Part shown: positions 1-12,200 of the stretch, piece by piece
How positions within the stretch are numbered: position 1 is the stretch's first letter
How the letters are laid out: every line of letters begins with the position of its first letter
Assembly: GCA_977016875.1 (NCBI GenBank)
Contig: CDRNST010000060.1
Location: forward strand, 3,348,001-3,412,000
Source of the DNA: Pavona decussata
Lineage: Eukaryota
DNA: 64,000 nt
Direction: 5' to 3'
Position numbers and translations under genes: made by a program
The notes under the pieces: generated by a model
Database searches by the model: none
What the model was told of the DNA's origin: nothing
Seen by the model: only the letters and a program-made list of their open reading frames with translations

Positions 1-466
1 GCAGTGGTAAAAAACCCTACAAATTTGCAAAAAGCTAAGAATCTGTCTATGTAACTCCTACCTGTTTTGCTCGTAAAAGATATTCTAGGTGAGGTTCCAT
101 CCGTTGTGAAAATTTCAGAAGATTTCAGAGAAGGGAATTGAAGTAAATTAATATCGAGCCCAATACACACTGACACACGCCAGTATTTGAGTCGTTAAAC
201 GCAAGCCTCAAAGGCTTTATTTTACCAGCGACGGTTTGAGAACACAGTTCGTTCTTGATTATTACATTTTGAGGGATTTCAATGAATTGGTAGCAAGAAA
301 ACAAGAGAAAACTGGCTTTCGATGTGTACCATATTGCGCGCCATATTATGAATGATAACCGTATCGAGCCACCTTAAAAACCAACTTTAAAAAGACAATG
401 GTGTAAGTTTGACCTTTGTACGATTATGTAGCGAATTTCTTTTAATGTATTATTTCACGACTTTAC

Positions 467-2222
467 CTGCAGAGAAGGACGATAATTATCCCCATGGCAA
501 CAGTCACAGCAATAGAAACACCAATTATGATCCATTTCGTCTGTGACTCATCCATCCAGGACTCAAAGGGAGGGGGACTTCCTTCATCCTTGTGATATGC
601 CCGGATGTTGTAAATTTCCTTTTTGATCCTGGCAGACACCTTTCCAGATAATTCTTTCAGAGCTTGTAGCAATATATCCTGATTCATAACATAGTTTTGC
701 CCTTGACTGGTGTGCAGTACAACGTAGAAAGCTACGAGCAGATCACGACCACGCTCTTGAGGGAATTGGCTGAGGATATGAACACTTCCCTTGTGATCGC
801 TTTCTCCACTGATGGATCTGTGTACAATTTGAGAAAAGAATCGTGAGAACAATAACGTGAAAGAAAATTCAAAACGTATTTAAAGTTACCACTTACAAGA
901 GATTCTACAACATGACCTTCTACGTTTTATAAAAAATTTGATTGATCAGATAGTGATCAATGCAATTAAGGTTTGGTTAATATAGTAAGTCTTTACTGAA
1001 CACTACAAAAGTAAGGCGATATGCTAGTTATTGGAATTCGGTATTGTTTACACATGGTGCTGGGAGGGAAATAGGAAAAGAAGGGAAGGAAATAAGCTGA
1101 ACAATCTTAGACTTATTTCAGAGAAGAAGGATGATTTTTATTAATTATTAAAACGCACTGCAGAGGGTAATTTTTCTTACGCCCTCTTCAAGACGGGTGA
1201 ATACTATAAATCACACTTAGCTGCTTTTTTCTACTACTTTTTTTACAGGACGAGTTTTTTTTCTTGAGAACTGCGTAATGGTGAAAACCTCGAAAGTCCT
1301 CGAAACGTAGGTGATCTTGTCGTTTTGGAATAAGAAAATCCGGCTTGAATATCATCATTCAAAACAACTGCGTCAAATTCGTCGCTCACAAAGAGTTAAA
1401 TGAAGCTTCCTGGGATATATCAGTTCTTACTACTTCGCTAAAAACTTAAAGTCAGTTCTCGTATTCGTAGTCGTACTTATACTAGAGCCTGGAGGTCTCT
1501 TCTGTAATTACCTTTACTTTAGTTGAACAGGTTTTAGTGTAAGTAAGTAAGTAATCTTTATTTATACATGGTAAAAATTCATCAAGTCTAAAAAAGTACA
1601 GGGCCCAGTTGTTCAAAGCTCGATTAAGCTAATCCTGGATTAACGCAAACTCTGACTTGAGTTTAATTGCTAATGAACAAAGATTCTTCCTAATGATTCT
1701 CGGCCCTCAGTTTAAAGCCTCGATTAACTTTTAATCGGCTTTCGAACAACTCGGCCCAGAAGTATAAAATGTTAATATCTAAGTCTTAAATACATCATAT
1801 AACTAGTATATATGCTAATTACAATGTTAAGTGACTTATTTTCAGGGGACAATAACAGTCCTACATGACTCACCTTTTCGCTACGCTTGCACTATTATAA
1901 CAGGTGTCCCTTTCGCCGGTTAGGCAATAATCTACAGCAAGCAGGGCAACAATGTCCTTAAAATCGTGTGAAAGTCCAGTTTGCCACTGTCAACAATAAA
2001 TCAATGTGTTAGGTCTTTTAGGAACATCAAACATAAGATCTCTTACTTTTAAGGTTGTTGGGTACTTCACATAACAATAGTAAGAGTTACTTACTTGAAG
2101 TAAAGTGGCATTCCTTATTGTCAGAGCAACAGCATTGTTGATGCCGTCCGGGAACACGTCGGTTTTGACTGAGGTAGCTGGTGTGCTTGTTATTGACGGA
2201 TCGTCCGTTGTTGGAACAAATT
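467..2222 (-). CDS. Juxtamembrane SEA-like domain and transmembrane helix
   Basis: Exons 2222-2095 (short Thr/Ser linker..[15 protein letters not shown]), 1986-1874 ([25 protein letters not shown]), 817-467 (..LLVAFYVV..; [24 protein letters not shown]). Donor at 466 shows further exons lie left of the window. Confidence 0.88.
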
Positions 2223-3233
2223 CTGAGTCAAAGAGAAAACGTTTGTTAGCTTTAGCTGATACAAGTACTGATGGAACATGACCAAGATCTATAAGGTTAT
2301 TGTAAAACATGTGGCCACTTTTTAAAATGAATGGCTTGATTAGTATTTAGATTTTTTTTGCATGGTAAAGGGAGCTGAAAGAACCCTAATGTGTGACCAT
2401 GCAAATGAAAGCTACTGAGCAGCACTTTCCTGTGGTGCTGTTTATTATGTTGTACGAGGTGGTTTCAACTTTTCAGCCTCAGAGGGTAGAATCATAAACT
2501 GTGACCATTCAAATGAAAGCTACTGAGTGGTACTTTCCTGTAGTGCTGTTTATTATGTTTATTAAGGTGGTTCTAACTTTTAAGTCAGTGGATGAAATCC
2601 TCAAGTATGACTATTCAAATAAGAGTTATTGAGAAGTGCTTTTTAGCGGTTTTGTTTATTATGCTGTTTTTTGTTGTGGTTCAGCCCGAGTAGAGACTGG
2701 ATGAAATCTTCTAATTAATCAGCGTGCTGCACGGGGTTTTCGTATTTCTAGCGTATGAGTCTGGATGAGACCCGTCAGGGGTAGCCAAAGAGAACATTAC
2801 AGCAAAATAGTTCAAATATTGTTTCCTAAATTCCCAAATCAATTTATGGCCCTTGAAAAGAAAATTTGTGTAAGCCAAGACAGTTTGATTTGTTCAGACT
2901 CTTTAGCTGAAAATTTTAGGGAACGGAATCTTTACGAGCTCCTGTTGGCTTTCCGAAAATGCCAGTTGGCCTTTTAGCGAAGCAGGGATGGCACAGTGGT
3001 GAGAGCACTTGCCTCCCACCAATGTGACTCGGCTTCTCATATGGGTTGACTTTGTTGTTGGTTCTCGTCTTTGCTCCGAGAAGTTTTCCTCCGAGTACTC
3101 CGGTTTTCCCCTCTCCTTAAAAACCAACATTTCCAAATTTCAAATCGATCTGGATTATTGTCAAGCACTTTATCATGAGCCTCGGGCTCGGGAGATTGCG
3201 CAAGCACTCCCCGTGTTATTCACATTAAATTTA

Positions 3234-3270
<37 letters not shown>

Positions 3271-6200
3271 TTAATAATCGGATTAAAAACAGTTACCTTC
3301 GCAGGTGTTGTTGATGCGCTGGAATCCTTCTTGACACTCACAGTGGAATGATCCCAAAGTATTAATACAGAGCTCCAACGAACCACCGCAGAAGACTTCA
3401 TCGACAAGATCACATTCATCGATGTCTAAAACCAACCAACAAACAGACAAATATCATGTGGTTTATTACATTATTGAAGACTCGTGAGAAAATTCCTAGG
3501 ATTCAGATATGGCTTCGGGGTGTAAGAGGCGAAAATTACCCAGCGGAGGCCTATAGTTTCCCCAAAATTTAGGCTATGACATTCAGTTAAAATTGGTCTT
3601 AATGTAATTGTAAGTTAACCAGACATCTTTTTTGTGGCAATGATAACAATGGTGAGGTTGAAACTGCGTCATTTCTGCGTCGTGATTTACATAAATCCGG
3701 CATCTGGACCGGATTCCTTATTGGAGCCGACATCTTGACCTGGATCGCCGTTTTTACAATATTCACTTTCCCGAGAGAATTGCGAATTGCCATGAGCCGA
3801 GTCGGTCTGTATTTTTTCAGCTTTTCCTTTTGCAACTGCTTTTAAAAGTTCAGTGCATATATAAACTGTGTATGAATGTCATAGATTAACAGTAATCGCA
3901 GGAGAGATGTATCTGTGCATCGTTGTGGGCTATAGTTTTATTAATTAACAATTTTACCGTTGCATCCCATTCGGTCTGGAGACAGATCGTAGCCGGAAAG
4001 GCAGGAGCACGTGTAACCTCCATCCATGTTGTGGCACAACTGTGAGCATTTGTGTTTATGTGTTGTACATTCATTGATATCTGGTGATGAAAAACGAAAT
4101 GTTAACGATTGTTATGACAGAAAATAATAATTACACTTACCGAACGTTTCAACTAAACAATTTTTTCTTTTAGGCCTTGACATGTCGGTTGCTATCAACT
4201 GTTGTTGTTGTTGTTTTTTGATCGACCATTTCCTTTCCGCCAAACCCGGTTAAGAGTAGCCTGCCATGAAATGACAACCCTTGAGTGGATTTTGTCAAAG
4301 AGAAAACAAACGAGCTTTTTCCCTTATTATTTTAAAAATTTGTCTTCTCAGTTTAAAGGGAAACGGGAATCATTAAGACGCAGAGGAGAAGACTTAAAAT
4401 AGATCCTGGAAGGAAAGATCGATGGAAGAGTCAAGGATTTTTCCTCAATTTTCTGGTCCATTTTTTTTACGATCCGCGAGAGCTGAATAGTGAAGATGGA
4501 ACTAAAACGCCTCGAGGGTTTTCTTTTTAATTCAATTCTTCAGTACACATTGTTGAAACGTTTCGAACAGGATTCAAATCTTTGGGAAAGTGCCTTAGTA
4601 GCGAAGCATGTACAATACACAAGATTTTCATTTAGTAACACTTGATTACCATGGCAAGTTCGGCCATCAGCGTTCAGTTGGTATCCTTTGTGGCAGGAAC
4701 ATCTTGGTTGACCATGATCCTCGCGACAAACATGCTGACATCCTGCTTCGGATGCATTACAGCGTGAAATAGCTGAACATAGGGGAAAAATAAACTAGAA
4801 TTAAATGCGCATACAAACTGAAAGTATGTTCAAACAAATTTAAATTGGTTTAAACTTTCATTCATCATCTATTCAACATTTTCTTTGTTAAATGGCGTTG
4901 AAACCGTTTGAACACTCCGTTCATCAAACATTTGCCCAACATCCGTCCAACTTTTGTTCAACAAATGTTGGGCAAATGTTGAAACCGTTTAAACGGGCCT
5001 TTACGCTTGCCGTGTGAGGACTCCTTCAATGGTACTTACGGACACAGGCGGTATTATCACTCGGGTCAACTTGGAATCCCTCGAAACACAAACAGTTACG
5101 GCCACCAGGATAGTTTGTGCATTTCTGCATGCAGTCATTGGATACCGCACACTCATCCACGTCTAAAACCAAAAAATCATTACACTATTAAACCAAGAAA
5201 TGAAATCCTCTACTTGCGTCATCGACAAATTCAGTGAGCTCTTGCGCACCTGGAGGATTCAGGAATTTGACTCCCCCGGATGGAAAGAAATTCTATTTGT
5301 TCGCCAACAGTAAAATTTTCATGAAAAAGTTGCCGTTCTGTTGAAAAAGGTCGGACATTGGGAAAACAAAGCGCATGATTTCTCTCAGCTTTATGGTATC
5401 CCACGAGGCTAAATTCATAAAGTTTCCTTAGGCTAAGATGAATCATCCGAATCTTACCTGTACAGCTAACGCCATCACTGTCCAGGGTATACCCTGGGTT
5501 ACAATCACACACATAGGAGCCCGGAGTGTCGATACATAACTGGCTACAGTTCGACAAAAGCTCAATACACTCATCGATGTCTGCGGAGTTGTAAAAAAAA
5601 ATAATACAAGTTAATTGATCGACTGATCGGCTGACAAAATGAATGGTTTATTGATTGACTGATCGGTTGGTTGGTTATCTTATTGAAAGAATGATTGCAA
5701 TTGAATAACTGACTAACCTGATTATAAGTAACAGACTGTTGCCTCTCTGATTGACTGACTGACTGACTGACTGACTGACTGACTGACTGACTGACTGACT
5801 GACTGACTGACTGACTGACCGACCGACTGACCGACTAACAGACTTACAAAGAGGTAAACTGATTGACTGAAAGACAGACCGACTGATTCATTATTTGACT
5901 GACTGGCTGATTGACTGACTTGCCGTCTAATTGTTTGACTGAAGAGCTAACGACTGTATGAGAGAAAAACACTTCCAGTAGCTGTAGATATTTTAAACAA
6001 CCGTTTGGGCATTTCAACTCTACAGAGTTTTTTAAACACTGTCTTAACCGGAAATAGAGTTGGTGATTAGGGTTAGAAATTATCTGTGTAGCAAGTTGTT
6101 TAGTATATTTAGCTATTTATTTATTTGGTTATTTATTTCTTTATTTATTATATAATAATCTATCTTTTGGCTTCTTTTCCCCTATTAAATGTATGTGTAA

Positions 6201-9200
6201 GCACTGTAAATATTAGTAGTATAGCGTGATATCGTAAACCAGATAGTGTAAGTATTGCAAAAACTGTAAGAATTGTAACTTTGTAAGTACTATAAGTGTT
6301 GCGTAGTACTGTAAATATTGTGTGTCTTAGGCTAATAAAAATTTTAAAAAAATTGTGTAGCAAACTACGGAAGATGTCAAACAATGGGATACGGCTGGTT
6401 CAGCCTCATACTTTCCCAGCCCCTTTGAAATAAGATGTGGGGTTCTCTGCTCTTACCATCACAGACTGTTCCATCTCCACTGTAGCCCGCGGGACACGGG
6501 CCGCATTGGTAGCCAGTTCCATTGGATGAAGATCTAAGATCGGTGCACTTCACACCTGGATAACAAGGCTGAATGTTTCTCCAGCATGCATCAATGATAT
6601 TTTCACAGTATTGCCCGGTGAGACCCGTGGGACATGCGCATGACAACAAGATAAATCTAGTACCGCTGTCCCGTTGCCTGTGAACGTCGTCGTCATCGAT
6701 GCAAATACTGCCATTTGTACACGGACACAGTTGAACAATTGGGTGGAGCTCTGATGACGCGTTCTTGCTGTCAGTCACGATAAACACAGGCTCAAACTGT
6801 TAATCAAATAGGAAAAAAAACTTAAGCTTTAACTAACTCGATCACATCCAAGGACGCCTCAGTAAGGAACTTTCAAACATAACGGACAAAAAGTATTCCT
6901 CTTCAAAAATCTTTGACAAATGAAGTGTCACTTAAAAACCTGTAGTTGAATGATTTGCACTATTTGGGGTCTCATCTATTAACTCAAAGGTCCGAAAGTA
7001 AATCTTATGAACCGTGATTTGACTGTTAATGTAAAAGGGGTTACTGTTTCTGCTTGGCTGAAGTCAAAAACTCGAAATCACATGACTTTTTGAGACCCTT
7101 TTGAGTCTGTGAAGGGAAGCCATTGTGGTGTTGTTTATTAAGCTGTGCAATGAGGCAGACACTAATAACCTTTGGTGTAAAAACACAAGAATGTTACTGT
7201 GTATCCAAGGCCATTTATGCAACCTGTAGCTTCCCGACATAACGTTTGAAAACGTTTTGAAGAGAATCCCCAACCCGTGATTTTATATACAGTATTGACC
7301 ATTGACAAACCTTTTGTGCTGAGGTCGGATGCCATCGAATGACGAGGTATTTGGATGTATTGGCGACAATTTCTACATTTGGGAAGTTGTTTACTGTAAA
7401 CACAAAATGGTCGCTCGAGTTGTGCTGTGCTGTGATGTTCACTTCCACAGCTTGGTTTATTGTGGCGCGGATCACTTTTGGCCCATGTATTCGAGGCGGG
7501 AAATTTGCTGTGGAGTAAAAAAAACAATTGTGTCAAGGAAATGCTGGCTTTTTTATTTGATTTGATGCTAATGTAAAGTGGCACGCCATGGTCGCTATAA
7601 AGTTTGTCCGGGTACATTTCTTGGCATTCTCTGCAAAGCCACTCCGTGAAATGATCAAATTTAACGGCTTTCTGTAGAACCTGAGCACACAATGGTGAAC
7701 TTCTGCAACTGGAAAGTACTGTTGTTGGATTTTTAACTCTTTCGACTTCAGTTAAAATTAGTGGGTAGGACCTTTCGGTTAATATCTGATGGGAAGACTT
7801 TAATCGTCTCCGAAGTTGGATTGAAAAACTGACGTTTCATTTGGTGTTTTGTTTGCCTAAAACTTTGCTTACATGGAAACATTATTTCTTTTCCTCACCC
7901 GGAAAGGACGAAAAACGTGGTTAAGAGGGTGCAATAACGCTAGATAGGATTTTCGGAAAGCCAACAGCAAATCGTAAATTTGGGGGATAGTTATATGTTC
8001 TTAAAATTTCCTGCCCCTTGAAAAATTCTGTAAAAGAATCCGAATACAAAAAAACTGTGTTTGCTTACTCAAATATCCCTTCCAAAGGCCTCAGATATTG
8101 GAGGACAGAAAACGACATTGGAACAGTTTTTCTCAAACGTATAAAAATTCATCAAGAGAAAACAAAGAAAATCACTGCTGTGACCGTGGTTTGGATATGT
8201 GTTCCTAATTACCATAAAATTTGGCCTTTAGCCTTGAATTTCTCCAAGAATTATTGATCATTTGAGAAGGCATATAGTAAACACTCGAAAATGTGTTTCA
8301 TCTGATATCCAAAGACCTCAAAAACGTTTAAAAAATTAAAAAACTCGGCTGCGCATCGTTTTTCAACCTACTTCTCAGTGTTTGGATATTTGATGAAACA
8401 CGCTTTCTCGTGTTTGATATCTTACTTCTTAATTTTTCTCAAGGGTTGTCTCCGGTTGATAATGCAAATGGTAAGGGTTAAAAAACTTCATGACATGGGA
8501 TAAAATTAATACAATAGCGTTATTTTACCGAGCTCTCTGTTTATCTGATTGTTTTTTTCCTCCAGCTTTCTCGTTGTCACTCCGTAAGATGTGTCTTCTG
8601 TAACCGCCGCATCAAACAAACAATTGATATTGTTACCACAGGCCTTCTCAGCTTGAAGTCTGAACGAGTCATTTGCCCATGCAATGTTGTCAATGAACAT
8701 TGGTACATAGCTCAGATCCATGAAGGTATAAGGGCTTTCCTGATCACTATATGTGAACAGTGATTGAGAAACATTGATCTGCCCTGGAAGACGGAAAGAG
8801 GAAGATGGTCTATTTACCTAATAGCATAAAACAGATGAGAAAAGCTTATAGCCAGAGAGGCAAAGTTATTGAAGTTTTTTCGACGTTTCATAAATAACAT
8901 ATTTTTGAACCCACAATCGATAATTTTCGTATATGGTTTTTCGAAGGCACAACATGCACATGTTAAAGGGGAAGTATCACAAAAATTTGATGTAATTTCA
9001 AAACCGAAAAATGTTTGTCTGACAATAGAAACAAAACAATTGGTGGCTAGGTTTGTTATAAATTATCACCTCAGTGCAAGAAAACTGTCGATTAGTGCCT
9101 CTGGCCAGGGACAGAGTAGGTTGCAATGGATTGAAACGTGAAAAATATCAGGCTAATGTTTTTCAAGTTCTCGTATTTTTGTTTCCAAAGTGTGCTAGAA

Positions 9201-12200
9201 CAAATCACAAGTCGTTCCTGTCAAGAATTGAGTTGATTTTTCTCCTCTGATTGTTCTAGAATTATTTTGTAGTAAAGTGAAGATCTTATTTCACCATTTT
9301 CAACAAAAGAGGTCAATTAAATGATACTTCCCCTTTAAGTTGATATGCCAAGTAATAAGTTAATCGTACTGAATGGCCAAATGGTAATAGGTCCATATCT
9401 ATTCCTTATAAAATTAAACGTTTTGAAAGAATGTAAGGGGACTCACATTAGGGTAGGACCTAGGTATATTTAAAAATACCAAGTAGGCTGGTCTAGCCGT
9501 AGCATTCCTCTATGAACTATATCGGCGAAATGGCATCACCTCATGGTCGATATGGATTTTAAATGAACCATGCAAACTATCCATTTTCGTAAAAAAAAAA
9601 AAAAAGAACCATTAGTCACAGGCACCGACTTTTGGTCCCACCAACTTGTACCACGAATTTTAGCTGGTTTAAATTGAAGGTAAAAGTTCCCGGAACTTGT
9701 CCCTCAAAGTTATGTTTATTAATTTCTGCCTTTGCGCGAACTAACGGACAAGTCACTGCGACCAGTCCTCTAGTGTAAACACGACCAGGGACTTGTCCTA
9801 GAGAAAGGCCCTCTCGTGTGTGCACACCTTAATAATGTAAGAGAACTCACATACATTTTAACCCAAAATCATAATGGATCTGCTGAGGTGATGCATTAGC
9901 CGGAAGCAACGTCCCATCCGGGGCTACGAAATCGTCAGAGGGGTCGTCATTCCATGTACCCAGAAGTCCCTTGGTCCTATTTTTGAATTCTTCTGGGCCC
10001 TCAAATGAAATGTCTAGAGTCCTTTCCACATTGGTGAATGTTAAGGAGATTCCTGTGGGGAAAAGGGCCGTGATTGATCCGTCGGACTCTAGGATAAGCG
10101 TGATGTTTCCATCTGGGATGTATGTTCCCATTGCTGATATGGCTGAGATGTTATACGGATTACCCGCCAATAGCACTTCAAGACCACCTGCGAAAAATTT
10201 TATATTCAACAAGGAAATATGTCAGTAATAAATAAATAGGGTATTAAAATCCAGGAAGTTTACATTAAATCCCTTTTGTGTGAACGAGTATGTTTTCGCC
10301 CAAGTCCAAACGGGCGACGGGTAAGGCGTGGTAAGCTATCTGGGAATTTAGGCAACAATTACGGCGACGGCCACGAGAACGTCACAAAACATTACAATTT
10401 AATGAGAAAACAGTGGGCCTGCAAGTGCATTATAAATGATTCATTTCTTCGCCGTCCTCGTCAAAACAACAACGTGAAATGACCAAATTGAAGGTTTTCC
10501 GGAGAACGTGAGCACACGACGGTGAATTTTTATTCTTTGTCTTAACTTGAATGCTGTTCCTACCAATTCTGTTCCTGGATAATTTTGCCAGATTGTACAA
10601 GTTTAACGAATTGGAATAATGGCGATTAATATAAGGAAGCAGTTCAACTGAACGCGAACGAAAGTGACATATCCGTTGGCGGTGCCGTCCGGGTGGCCTA
10701 AAATCCGTAATGGTTCCGGGTGCAGTTGCACGGGATACTTTTACCAAGGCAGATGCTGGTTTCACTACGGTGACCGTTCTTTCCTGAGGGAACTAAAGGA
10801 GTACTGTCCATTCAATGTTGTTGCTCGTGTACTATGGTCCGGAGGGGTTATGTTTTTACTTTCCATTCTGTGGGAGAAACCGACACAGCGGCAAAATGAG
10901 TGCGCATGCTCGTCACGCGTGAGCAATCTTACTCGGCAAAATGGCGGCATTTTTAAAATTCCCATTGCTTGTTCTCATTTCCCGTGGATAAGCCCAAATC
11001 AAAATAGATAAGGTTGTCGCTTTCAGGAAAGGTTCCTTCGAACTTCCTCCATCACATTTTATTCAACAAAAAAACATATTGTGGCAACAGGTGTAAGTTT
11101 GGCGATTGAAGTGGAGAATTCGTAATCGATTCACGCTTGAATCACAAACCTCCGGAGCATGCGCACTCATTTTGCCGCTGTGTCGGAGAAACGACTGTTT
11201 GCTGAATTTAAAGGGGGCACTGTCACCTATCTGTAGTGTCCCTTTGAATAGAAAAGAAAACTTCTGTAACGATGGAAACATTAAAGGAAACCTCCACTGT
11301 TGAAATAAATGAACGTTAAATTGTTGAAAATACAATCTCATTTCAAATTTTGTTGGAAAACATGGAAATAAGATTTTTGTGTCTGACAAAACATGATTTG
11401 ATTATCACATATTTTCCTTTTAAATTTCCCGGGTGCGGCCATCTTGGATTTCATGACGTGATACGGTTGCTCTATTGTTTCACACAAAAGAACTTCTTCT
11501 TACTGATAATAGCGGCAACCGCATGACGTCATGAAATCCAAAATAGCGTCGCCCGGGAAATTTAAAATCGAAAATAGACGACAATCATATCTTACTTAGC
11601 ACACTTGAACTTTTTTCTACTTTTTTAACTAAAATTTAGAATTTAGACACTATTTCCAACAATTTACCGTCCATTTGCTGTCGGAGTGGAGGTTCCCTTT
11701 AAAATGATGGTTCAGTTTTGTTAACAATAACCCTACTAGTAGACATAAACTAGTGTTAATAATCTTTGGCTGCGGGTGGCTGGGATTGAAATGGATTGCA
11801 ACTTGAACAAAAATCGCCCAATATTTTCAAGTTCTTCCTTCCTTTTTTCGGAGAAATCCTCACAAAAAAAAACTAATGATAGTTTGTTCTTCCCTTTTCT
11901 CGGTGCTCTAACAGCAATTTGATGTTAGAGAAAAGATACCATGTCAAATTGAGCAGTTTTGCCCAAAACAGAGAGAAAGCTCCGTGACAATACCCAATTT
12001 AAATGAAAGCTACGGAGTTGCACTTCCCCGTGGTGTCTCATATAGTATATATGCTTTTCAGACTACATCGGTACTTTCATAGAAAGCAAAAAAAATCCAG
12101 GTTACCGTTCTCGTTTATTCTTGCTTCAACTACAACAGTGTTCTGTTCTTTAGCCGCTGCAGCAGAAAACACAGTCCCAAGTCCTCTACCAGTGGTTCTG